Shown: positions 56,425 through 64,000 of the stretch, piece by piece
Position numbering within the stretch: the first letter of the stretch is position 1
How the letters are laid out: each line of letters begins with the position of its first letter
Origin: Opitutia bacterium
GTDB taxonomy: Bacteria; Verrucomicrobiota; Verrucomicrobiia; Opitutales; Opitutaceae
Assembly: GCA_947475065.1 (NCBI GenBank)
Contig: CANJLB010000003.1
Span: 20,214-84,213 of the forward strand
Reading direction: 5' to 3'
DNA length: 64,000 nucleotides
Program-made: the position numbers and the translations under genes
The notes under the pieces: model-generated
Told to the model about the DNA's origin: nothing
Database searches by the model: none
The model's input: only the letters and a program-made list of their open reading frames with translations

Positions 56425-57780
56425 TCATGCTTTGGAAAGCAGTTTCTGCCAGACCGCGCCGGCCGGATAGGTGTGGTCGGCAAGCGAGGCGGCTTTCATG
56501 GTGATGCTGGCGCCGGTCGCGCGGGGCGTCTGGTAGCGGCCATTTTTGACCACGCATGGATCGAGAAAATGCTCGTGCAGGTGGTCAACGAATTCGGTGA
56601 TACGCCCTTCCAGCGAGCCGCTCACACACACGAAGTCGAAGATAGACTCGTGCTGCACATATTCGCAGAGGCCGACGCCGCCGGCGTGCGGGCAGACTGG
56701 CACGCCGAACTTGGCCGCGAGCAGCAGCACGGCCACGACCTCGTTGACGCCGCCAAGGCGGCAGGAATCTATCTGGCAATAGGCCATGGCCCGTGCCTGG
56801 AGGAGTTGCTTGAACATGACGCGATTGTGGCAGTGCTCGCCCGTGGCGACACCGATACCAAACGGCTCCAGCCCGCGCGCGATCGCGGCGTGGCCGAGCA
56901 CGTCGTCCGGCGAGGTCGGTTCCTCGATCCAGAGCGGCTTGAAGGGTGCGAGCTCCTTCGTCCACGCGATGGCGGTGCCGACATCCCAACGCTGATTGGC
57001 GTCAACCATGAAACCGCGTTCCGGCCCGATGGCCTCGCGCATGATGGCCGCGCGCCGGAGGTCGTCCGCCAGGTCGGCGCCGACTTTCATCTTGAAATGG
57101 GTGAAGCCCGCCACGATTCCCTCGTGGCAGAGGCGGCGGATTTTCTCGTCGGGATAACCGAGCCAGCCGGCGGAAGTCGTGTAGGCGGGATAGCCGTCCC
57201 GCCGCATTTCGGCCTCGCGGGCAGCGCGTGTCGGCAGGAGTTTTTCCAACATGGCCTGAGCCTCGGCCGGTGTGAGCGCGTCGGTGAGGTAGCGCCAGTC
57301 CACCATCTCCACGATCTGCGCGGGCGTGAGGTCGCAGAGCAACTTCCAAAGCGGCTTCCTCTCCAGCTTGGCCCAGAGGTCCCAGAGCGCATTGACGACG
57401 GCGGCGGTGGCGAGGTGGATGACGCCCTTCTCCGGCCCGATCCAGCGGAGTTGCGAATCCCCGGTGAGGTGTTTCCAAAATGCGCCCGGCGCGGAGGTGA
57501 ATGCTGCCACCGGCTGGCCGACGACGAGCGGGCGCAGCGCCTCAATGGCGACGGCCACGATGTCGTTGCCCCGGCCGATGGTGAACGTGAGGCCGTGGCC
57601 CTCGATACCATCGCCGCGGTCGGTAGTGAGCACGACGTAGGCGGCAGAGTAGTCCGGGTCGGGGTTCATCGCGTCCGATCCGTCGAGTGACAACGAAGTG
57701 GGGAAACGCACGTCGAGGACGCGGAGGCCAGTGATGTGGCCCGCATGATGCGGGCCGGGGGAAATCGTGAAATCGGGCAT
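56425..57780 (-). CDS. enolase-superfamily dehydratase (L-fuconate/mandelate-racemase-like)
   Basis: Started at MPDFTISPG. MR/MLE signature regions (FKMKVGADLADD; IEEPTSPDD; CQIDSCRLGG). The ORF-track N-terminal ~210 aa are out-of-gene read-through. Confidence 0.85.
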   Translation of the reverse strand: MPDFTISPGPHHAGHITGLRVLDVRFPTSLSLDGSDAMNPDPDYSAAYVVLTTDRGDGIEGHGLTFTIGRGNDIVAVAIEALRPLVVGQPVAAFTSAPGAFWKHLTGDSQLRWIGPEKGVIHLATAAVVNALWDLWAKLERKPLWKLLCDLTPAQIVEMVDWRYLTDALTPAEAQAMLEKLLPTRAAREAEMRRDGYPAYTTSAGWLGYPDEKIRRLCHEGIVAGFTHFKMKVGADLADDLRRAAIMREAIGPERGFMVDANQRWDVGTAIAWTKELAPFKPLWIEEPTSPDDVLGHAAIARGLEPFGIGVATGEHCHNRVMFKQLLQARAMAYCQIDSCRLGGVNEVVAVLLLAAKFGVPVCPHAGGVGLCEYVQHESIFDFVCVSGSLEGRITEFVDHLHEHFLDPCVVKNGRYQTPRATGASITMKAASLADHTYPAGAVWQKLLSKA

Positions 57781-57859
57781 CGGGTAATCGCAGAGGGAGA
57801 ATGGCAGAGGGGAATCGTGTTCCGAGCGCAGCGACCAACTGACAATCGGGCAACTGATA

Positions 57860-57967
57860 ATCGGGAATCTTGAAATTGGACATGAGCGGCCTTCGCCGCG
57901 CGGAGAGGGATTTTCAGTTTCTCGATGCCCGATCAGGCTGATGTCGCTTCGCTCGGTACAGTTTTCG
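57860..57967. repeat. intergenic repeat family B, copy B1
   Basis: aatcgggaatcttgaaattgg (57860-57880) and ttttcagtttctcgatgcccgatcaggctgatgtcgcttcgctcggtacagttttcg (57911-57967). It shares the ggctgatgtcg...ctcggtacag core with family A. Confidence 0.5.
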
Positions 57968-57989
57968 CGATGTCGGGGGAGAACATGGT

Positions 57990-58832
57990 TCAGGCGAGCC
58001 GATAGACGCGGAGTGCGTTGCGTCGGAAGATGGCGTCCTGGTCGGCGGCAGAAAGATGGGAGACGAGCCCGCGCGCTGTCGCGAGCCAGCGTGGATAGGG
58101 GCTGGCGAGCTTGGCAACCGGCCAGTCGCCGCCGAAAAGCAGACGGCCGGGGCCGAAAGCGGCGAGGGCGTGATCCACGTAAGGTTTGAGGTCGGCAGGT
58201 TGCCACGCGACGTGGTCCGCCTCGGTGATGAGTCCGGAGAGCTTGCAGTCCACGTTGGGCAGCGCGGCCAGCTCGCTCAGATGCGCACGCCACGGGTCGA
58301 GCAGCCTGCCGCGGATGCCGGGCTTGCCAAAGTGGTCCAGGACAAAGCGCGTGCCCGGGCAGGCCCGCACGAGGCGGACGGCCGCCGACATCTGATGGTG
58401 AAAGCAACACAGGTCAAAACTCAGCCCCGCCGCGCCGACCGCCTGCACTCCGGCGATAAATTCGGGCCGGGCACAGAAATCCGGGTCCGGCTCATGCTGG
58501 ATGAGGTGGCGCACGCCGCGCACCAGCGGATGGTGCCTCAGTTGGGCGAGATAGTCCGCCGTTGTAGCGCCCTCGTTCATCATGCACTTGGCGACGATGC
58601 CGGCAATGCGCGGCTCGGCGGCGGCCAGCCGCTCCACCCATTTCGCCTCGTCGAGCCACGGTGCGCCGCACTCGACGAAGACGATCTTTTCGGGGAATTG
58701 GCCACCCGTCTCCACGCGCAGCTCATCGGGCGTGTGCGGACCGGCGATGGCCGGCACTTCCGCCAACCAAGGATAGGGCAGCGTACGCTGATCCCAGAAG
58801 TGAACGTGTGAATCTACGAAGGAGAAGCTCAT
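57990..58832 (-). CDS. amidohydrolase-2 family protein (lactonase-like)
   Basis: FVDSHVHFWD N-terminal metal-binding motif, TIM-barrel amidohydrolase_2 features. 280 aa. Confidence 0.85.
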   Translation of the reverse strand: MSFSFVDSHVHFWDQRTLPYPWLAEVPAIAGPHTPDELRVETGGQFPEKIVFVECGAPWLDEAKWVERLAAAEPRIAGIVAKCMMNEGATTADYLAQLRHHPLVRGVRHLIQHEPDPDFCARPEFIAGVQAVGAAGLSFDLCCFHHQMSAAVRLVRACPGTRFVLDHFGKPGIRGRLLDPWRAHLSELAALPNVDCKLSGLITEADHVAWQPADLKPYVDHALAAFGPGRLLFGGDWPVAKLASPYPRWLATARGLVSHLSAADQDAIFRRNALRVYRLA

Positions 58833-58867
58833 CGGAAGGTGGGGAATCGTGAAATCAGAAAACTGAA

Positions 58868-58980
58868 AATCGGGAATCTTAAAATTGGCGACGGGCTATC
58901 TGGCGCGGGGTTGCAGGGAACTTTTCAGTTTAACGATGCCCGATTTGGCTGATGTCGCTTCGCTCGGAACAGTTTGCAAG
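58868..58980. repeat. intergenic repeat family B, copy B2
   Basis: aatcgggaatcttaaaattgg (58868-58888) and ttttcagtttaacgatgcccgatttggctgatgtcgcttcgctcggaacagtttgcaag (58922-58980). Confidence 0.5.
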
Positions 58981-58988
58981 TTTCCGTT

Positions 58989-59783
58989 TCAGGTCGAGGC
59001 CTTCGTCGTGCAGGCACGGTCGAGATGCACATAGCCGCCGTCCACATGGAGGATCTGGCCGGTGGTGTGCGATGAACGGGGCGAAGCGACAAACACCACG
59101 GTGTCGGCTATCTCCTCGGCCGTGGTCATGCGGCGTTCCAGCGGAATCGTGGCTTTGATCGCGTCGAGCGAGGCGGCGGGATCGGGGCGTTTCTCAAGCC
59201 AGCGAGAGTAGAGCGGTGTCATCACCTCGGCGGGCAGCACGCAGTTCACGCGGATGCCGTATTGGGCGAGGTCGAGCGCCCATTCGCGGGTCAGGCCGTT
59301 CATCGCGCCCTTGGCGGCCACATAGCCGCTGGTGCCGCCCTGGCCGGTGACGGAGCACTTGGAGCCGATGTTGATGATGGTGCCCTGGCTGGCGATGAGC
59401 GCGTCGAGCGCGGCCTGCACGAGCACAAAGCACTGGATGATGTTTGTTTCGAGCGACGCGCGGAAATCCGCCACCGGCGCGCGCAGGCCCACGCCGTCGT
59501 TCACGCCGGCGTTGTTCACCAGGCAGTCAATTCGGCCGTGCTTCGCCCACACGGCGGCGACGGCGGCGCGCACGGCGGCCTCGTCAGTCATCTCGCAATG
59601 GAAGGTGTCGGCCTTGCGGCCCGAGGCGGAAATCTCGCCCACGAGCACGGCAGCCTCCTCGCGGTTACGGCCAAAAATGCAGACGGTCGCGCCTTCGGCG
59701 GCAAACGCGCGCGTGATGGCCGCGCCGATACCCTTCGCGCCACCGGTGACGATAACGACCTTGTGATCGAGTTCGAGTTTCAT
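58989..59783 (-). CDS. SDR family oxidoreductase
   Basis: VVIVTGGAKGIGAAI (TGxxxGxG), NNAG, catalytic YVAAK. 264 aa. Confidence 0.9.
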   Translation of the reverse strand: MKLELDHKVVIVTGGAKGIGAAITRAFAAEGATVCIFGRNREEAAVLVGEISASGRKADTFHCEMTDEAAVRAAVAAVWAKHGRIDCLVNNAGVNDGVGLRAPVADFRASLETNIIQCFVLVQAALDALIASQGTIINIGSKCSVTGQGGTSGYVAAKGAMNGLTREWALDLAQYGIRVNCVLPAEVMTPLYSRWLEKRPDPAASLDAIKATIPLERRMTTAEEIADTVVFVASPRSSHTTGQILHVDGGYVHLDRACTTKAST

Positions 59784-59890
59784 TGCGGGAAAGTGGGGCC
59801 ACGCACACGGCCCGTGGCAAGCCGGATGACTGCCGTGTGATCAGTCCCGCGTGGCAACATGCGGAGAGCGCAACCGACGCGGAATTCCCG

Positions 59891-60035
59891 GAGTTGCGCG
59901 ACGAACGCGCAACCTACACGGATCGGACGTAGGTGGCGTGTTTGCCGCGCCTCGTTTGTCCTGGCGTAGGTTGCGCGCTGGTCGCGCAACGTTTTTCCCC
60001 AGGCCCCGGAGTTGCGCGACGAGCGCGCAACCTAC
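59891..60035. repeat. REP array (three palindromic units in alternating orientation) 10 bp downstream of the RAYT stop
   Basis: gagttgcgcgacgaacgcgcaacctac (59891-59917), gtaggttgcgcgctggtcgcgcaac (59966-59990), gagttgcgcgacgagcgcgcaacctac (60009-60035). Confidence 0.8.
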
Positions 60036-60044
60036 ACGGACCAA

Positions 60045-60563
60045 TCACCCCAGCCACTCGGGGAATGGCTGGCCGTTGTCGGTCAGGTCGCGTAACCACT
60101 CCCAGTCTTCGTCGCGGCAGTAAAAATATGGCCACGTTTCCCCCTCCGCCACCAGCCCTGCCCGGGGCGGGTTCAGCCAGAGGTAGCGGATCACGCTCTC
60201 CGCCGAATCCTCCGGGCGGAGCCGATGGTCGTAGAAATTCTCCTGCCAGCCGGCGCCCTGCGGGCGCAGGAGCGCCTGCGTCTTGGTCTTGAGCCGCGCC
60301 ATGGCCTGCGAGAGCGTGAGCCGTGCGCCCAGCGTGAAAAACAGGTGCGCGTGGTCGGGCATCACGGTCAGGCAGCGCAGCGCCCACGCGCCGTCGGCGG
60401 TCAGGCGGTGCGTCTCGGCGAGCAGAGCGGGGGCGATGCCGGGGACGAGCACGGGCAGGCGCGGTTGAACGCAGACCGTCACGAAATAGTCCGCGTGCGG
60501 CACAGAGGCGCGGCCCCGGCGCAAGGCGTTGGGTCCAGTATTCCGTTTCGGCGGCGGGGCCAT
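60045..60563 (-). mobile_element. REP-associated tyrosine transposase (RAYT, IS200/IS605 TnpA-like)
   Basis: 172 aa from the internal Met. HxH motif in MPDHAHLFF and catalytic Tyr in ENFYDHRL. It is flanked on both sides by REP palindrome arrays, the defining RAYT context. Confidence 0.8.
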
Positions 60564-60575
60564 GCGGGGATTGTG

Positions 60576-60702
60576 GTAGGTTGCGCGCTCGTCGCGCAAC
60601 GTTTGGTTGTCCGGCGTAGCAACAAGGTGGCGTGCTCGTCGCGCCACGGTTGTCATCCGCCGACCCCTGATCCCTGAGTTGCGCGACGAGCGCGCAACCT
60701 AC
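60576..60702. repeat. REP array upstream of the RAYT (REP-A, REP-B variant, REP-A inverted)
   Basis: gtaggttgcgcgctcgtcgcgcaac (60576-60600), gtggcgtgctcgtcgcgccac (60627-60647), gagttgcgcgacgagcgcgcaacctac (60676-60702). The first two lie within the ORF-track N-terminal extension of the RAYT ORF. Confidence 0.8.
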
Positions 60703-60725
60703 TCCGGAGTCCGGGCCAGTTCAGC

Positions 60726-61742
60726 TCACGGCACCTCGATCATGGCTTTCAGCACGGCGGAGTTGCCAGCGATGTCCCTTGGAAAAACGACGGGCGTGTC
60801 GGCGAGCTTGAAGCGGTGGGTGATCCACGGGCGGGTGTCCACCTCCCCGTCCTCGACGAGACGGATGACCTCACGAAATGTGGCCGGCAGGGCGTTGCGG
60901 CTGCCCATGACGGTCAGCTCGCGACGGTGGAAGTTGGGGTCGTTGAACGTCACATCGCCCTGGAAGAGACCGACGAAGACAATACGCCCGCCGTGCGCAG
61001 GCAGGTCGAAGCAGCCCATCATCGAGCCGGGGTTGCCCGTGGCATCAATCACGCAGGTTGGCAGATCGCCGGCGCCAATGCGCCTCAGCTCGTCCGCCGC
61101 GCCGGGGCCGGGCCTGAGGGTGTGCTGAATGCCAAGCTGTTTCCGGCAAAAGTCGAGGCGCGTGTCACTCACGTCCATCACCGCGAGTTTCGCACCGGAG
61201 ACTTTGGCAAACTGGATCACGCTGAGCCCGATCGGACCGGCGCCGATCACGAGGATAAAATCGTCCTTGGTGGGCGCGGCGCGCTCCACGGCGTGGGCGC
61301 CGATGCCGAGCGTCTCGACCAGCGCGAGCTGCTCGTAGTCGAGCTTGGCGGACGTGTGCAGCTTATGGGTGGGGATGCGCAGAAACGGCGCCATGCCGCC
61401 GTCAATGTGGACGCCCAGCACCTGCAGCGAAGTGCAGCAGTTTGGCTTGTTGCGGCGGCAGGCAATACAGGTGCCGCAGTTCAGATAGGGCTCGACCGCG
61501 CAGCGGTCGCCGGCCTGCAGGCCGCAAGGCTTGTCGCCGGGATCGAGCACCTCGACTCCAAGCTCATGGCCGAGGACACGTGGGTAGGTGAAGAAAGGTT
61601 GCCTGCCGGCGAAAGCGTGAAGGTCAGTGCCACAGATACCGATGCGGTGAACGCGCACGAGGGCGCTGCCCGACGTGGCGGTGGGCATCGGGTGGTCAGC
61701 GGTGACAAACAAACCAGGATGTTCCAGGACGATGGTGAGCAT
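60726..61742 (-). CDS. zinc-dependent alcohol dehydrogenase (MDR family, sugar/polyol dehydrogenase-like)
   Basis: GHELGVEV (catalytic Zn), structural-Zn Cys cluster CGTCIACRRNKPNCC, GAGPIGL Rossmann motif. 338 aa. Confidence 0.9.
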   Translation of the reverse strand: MLTIVLEHPGLFVTADHPMPTATSGSALVRVHRIGICGTDLHAFAGRQPFFTYPRVLGHELGVEVLDPGDKPCGLQAGDRCAVEPYLNCGTCIACRRNKPNCCTSLQVLGVHIDGGMAPFLRIPTHKLHTSAKLDYEQLALVETLGIGAHAVERAAPTKDDFILVIGAGPIGLSVIQFAKVSGAKLAVMDVSDTRLDFCRKQLGIQHTLRPGPGAADELRRIGAGDLPTCVIDATGNPGSMMGCFDLPAHGGRIVFVGLFQGDVTFNDPNFHRRELTVMGSRNALPATFREVIRLVEDGEVDTRPWITHRFKLADTPVVFPRDIAGNSAVLKAMIEVP

Positions 61743-61809
61743 AGTCAGACAGTAGAAGCCGCCATTCAGGGTAAGAAGAGCAAGCTCAATGGTGTTTAGC
61801 CGGGCAATC

Positions 61810-61950
61810 CGGAAGGCTTCGCGGCTTCTGTTACCGAGGCCACAAGGCCGACATCAGCCATTCGTCAGAACAGAACATTTAAGAAGGCTTCCTCCTAAAA
61901 ACATCCGTCTGCCTCCGCTTTCATCTCTAATTTTCAGCTCTCAGCGTGGT
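61810..61950. repeat. intergenic repeat family A, copy 3 (reverse orientation)
   Basis: ccgaggccacaaggccgacatcagccattc (61834-61863) is the rc of gaatggctgatgtcggccttgtggcctcgg. aattttcagctctcagcg (~61929-61946) is the rc of cgctgagagctgaaaatt. Confidence 0.5.
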
Positions 61951-62184
61951 GTCTGGCCAGTTGCAGCATGATTTCCATCAACCATGGCAAGGGGCGGCAA
62001 GAATCGGCAATAATATCCATCCTCAAGCTCGATCTTTCCATTGGAATGGCTTTGCGTTGCTGTCCAAATTCTCGCCCCTTTATCCATTTACCAGTCCGCT
62101 GAGCTTATCCGCAAAGCATTGGGGAAAAATTGCTGGTGAACTCAACCCTTACCCTTTAGTCATTCGGCTTCACCTGTTCACCCC

Positions 62185-63657
62185 ATGCACCCCCACGACC
62201 ACGATTGTTCCGGCCACGATCATCGCCATGAGCCGTTGCTGAACCGCCGCAGTTTCATCGGCCTTGGGTTGGGCGGGCTCGCCCACCTCAGTGGATTTGG
62301 CAGTCTGCCCTCCGCACTTGCAGCCGCCGCCGGGCCAGCCCGCAGGGGCCGTGCGAAACAGGTGCTTGTGCTCTTTGAGCAGGGCGGTGTGTCGCAGATG
62401 GACAGCTGGGATCCGAAACCCGACGCCCCCACGGAGCACCGCAGCCCGTTCAAGCCAATCTCCACGGTGGTGCCAGGCATGCAGTTCACCGAGCTGCTGA
62501 CGAAAACTTCCAAGGTCGCGGACCGGCTGACCGTCGTCCGCTGCATGACCCAGCCCACCCCAGGCATCGGCGACTCGCACCCGAAGGGCTCGCAATACAT
62601 CTTCTCGGGCGAGGCGCCCGGCGGCCCCGTCGAGCGGCCCGACATCAGCTCCATCGTGGCCTCAATCATGGGCACGCCGGCCGAGTATCTGCCGAGCAAC
62701 ATCCTCGTGCCCGGCACGAGCGAGCAGGCGTCGACCTCGCGGGTCGGGTTTTTGCCGCCGGGCTACGCGGTGTTCAAAACCGGCGGCAATCTTGCCGACC
62801 CGAACTGGCAGGTGCCCAACCTCGGCCTCATGGCGGACATCGCCCCCGAGCGTTTCCAACAACGGCGCGATTTGCTGAGCAACCTTGATGTCGGCTTCGC
62901 CCACGGGGGCGACACGAAGGATGTCTCCGCCATGCAGTCCCTGCTCCAGCAGGCGGAGAACATGCTCACCAACCCACAGACACGCGCGGCCTTTGACCTG
63001 GGCCGCGAGTCGGAGGCCACGCGCACGCGCTACGGCACCGGCCACCGCGGCCAGTGCTATCTGCTCGGGCGGAAGCTTATCGAGTCCGGCGTGCGCTTTG
63101 TGACGGTGGACGTGCGCGAGCCGCGCCAGTCGTGGGTGGACGGACAGAGCAAATTTTACGATGGCGGCTCCAACATGAACTGGGATCACCACGACGACAT
63201 CTACGCCGACGGCACCACCAACAATGTCCCCGGCAGCGGGCCGGGTTCCAACCGCTGGGGCATCCACACCTGGCCGATGATGGGCTCGACCGACCAGGCG
63301 TTCTCCGCGCTCATCGAGGACATGCACCAGCGCGGGCTGCTGGACGAGACACTGGTGTGCTTCGTCACCGAGTTTGGCCGCACGCCGAAGATCAACAACC
63401 GCCGGGGCCGCGACCACTGGACGCACTCCTTCAGCTTCGCCTTCGCGGGGGCGGGCGTGCCGGGCGGGCAGATCGTCGGATCGACCGACCGCGATGGCGG
63501 CTACATCACCAGCTCGATGGCCTACACAATCGAGGACTACGCCGCGACCATCTACGAGAAGCTCGGCATTGATCGCGCCAAGCCGTTGCACAATGCGGCC
63601 GGACGACCGATCATCCTTACGCCAAAGGGCCGGCCGATCCCGGAGCTTTTCGTCTGA
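62185..63657 (+). CDS. DUF1501 family protein with Tat signal (second copy)
   Basis: NRRSFIGLGLGGLAHL twin-arginine signal, then conserved DUF1501 blocks (RGRDHWTHSFSFAFAGAGVPGG). 490 aa. Confidence 0.85.
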   Translation: MHPHDHDCSGHDHRHEPLLNRRSFIGLGLGGLAHLSGFGSLPSALAAAAGPARRGRAKQVLVLFEQGGVSQMDSWDPKPDAPTEHRSPFKPISTVVPGMQFTELLTKTSKVADRLTVVRCMTQPTPGIGDSHPKGSQYIFSGEAPGGPVERPDISSIVASIMGTPAEYLPSNILVPGTSEQASTSRVGFLPPGYAVFKTGGNLADPNWQVPNLGLMADIAPERFQQRRDLLSNLDVGFAHGGDTKDVSAMQSLLQQAENMLTNPQTRAAFDLGRESEATRTRYGTGHRGQCYLLGRKLIESGVRFVTVDVREPRQSWVDGQSKFYDGGSNMNWDHHDDIYADGTTNNVPGSGPGSNRWGIHTWPMMGSTDQAFSALIEDMHQRGLLDETLVCFVTEFGRTPKINNRRGRDHWTHSFSFAFAGAGVPGGQIVGSTDRDGGYITSSMAYTIEDYAATIYEKLGIDRAKPLHNAAGRPIILTPKGRPIPELFV

Positions 63658-63676
63658 GGCCGCACGCTTTTCCCGT

Positions 63677-64000
63677 ATGAAACCGTCCCTTCAGCGTCTG
63701 CCCTTGATTTTGATTCTTGGCCTGACGGCCATCGGCTTCGTCGCGTGCGTCATGCCGGAGTCGAAACCGGGGGCAATGGCACTCTCCGCCCCGACACCGC
63801 TGGCAACGGCCCCAATGCCCTTGAACGCTTCGGCGACCCGGCTCGAGGTATATCCGACCGATTTGAAACTTGAGAGCCGCCGCGCCGCCCGCCAGCTCGT
63901 CGTCACGGCCGTGGTGGATGGCGAGCTCCGCGACGTCACGCACCTCGCGACATTTCGCAGCAGCAATGAACAGGTGGTGCACGTCGCGCATGGCGCGGCG
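63677..64000 (+). CDS. PSCyt2/PSD1 (DUF1549/DUF1553-type) protein, 5' partial
   Basis: MKPSLQRLPLILILGLTAIGFVAC signal/lipobox, then a Big_2-like segment (LEVYPTDLKLESRRAARQLVVTAVVDGEL). It continues beyond the window end. Confidence 0.55.
   Translation, partial: MKPSLQRLPLILILGLTAIGFVACVMPESKPGAMALSAPTPLATAPMPLNASATRLEVYPTDLKLESRRAARQLVVTAVVDGELRDVTHLATFRSSNEQVVHVAHGAA

Overview
This window is high-GC (~65%) bacterial chromosome. The DUF1501 / PSD1-DUF1553 gene pairs, the many secreted esterases and the lack of Shine-Dalgarno sequences suggest a Verrucomicrobiota or Planctomycetota organism (Opitutales-like). That lineage call is inference. Nearly all of it reads as ordinary core genome. 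The genes I can support are: asnB (partial), a DJ-1/PfpI protein, proB-frr-pyrH, tRNA-Gly(CCC), ybaB-recR, cysK, three paralogous secreted CBM48-esterases, a MarR-HlyD-RND-TolC efflux operon, a FabZ/FabI/FabH-like cassette plus an alpha/beta hydrolase, a flotillin-like SPFH protein, malQ, a GT39/ArnT-like glycosyltransferase, an AsmA-family protein, an ECF sigma/anti-sigma pair, a ~1149-aa unknown protein, a CrtI-like oxidoreductase, and a minus-strand L-fucose-like sugar-acid catabolic operon (Zn-ADH, SDR, amidohydrolase, enolase-superfamily dehydratase, RbsB/RbsA/RbsC-like ABC transporter). I found no CRISPR array, rRNA or prophage. The unusual content is in the accessory and intergenic layer. 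(1) A lower-GC islet next to tRNA-Gly carries a PD-(D/E)XK nuclease operon and a 281-aa orphan. (2) A REP-associated tyrosine transposase (RAYT) with flanking REP arrays sits inside the catabolic operon, and BIME/MITE-like copies with a 10-bp target duplication lie elsewhere. (3) A GIY-YIG nuclease cassette is bracketed by 33-bp direct and inverted repeats that overlap its stop codon and the neighbouring ABC ATPase start codon. (4) A ~33%-GC islet encodes a secreted orphan protein and abuts a truncated ABC permease remnant. (5) Two related families of 100-250-bp non-coding repeats bracket single genes. (6) An esterase gene carries a decayed partial copy of the upstream gene's 3' end just downstream. 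(7) There are G10 and C10 homopolymer tracts. The sugar-acid operon therefore looks like a hotspot hit independently by at least four selfish or foreign DNA elements.
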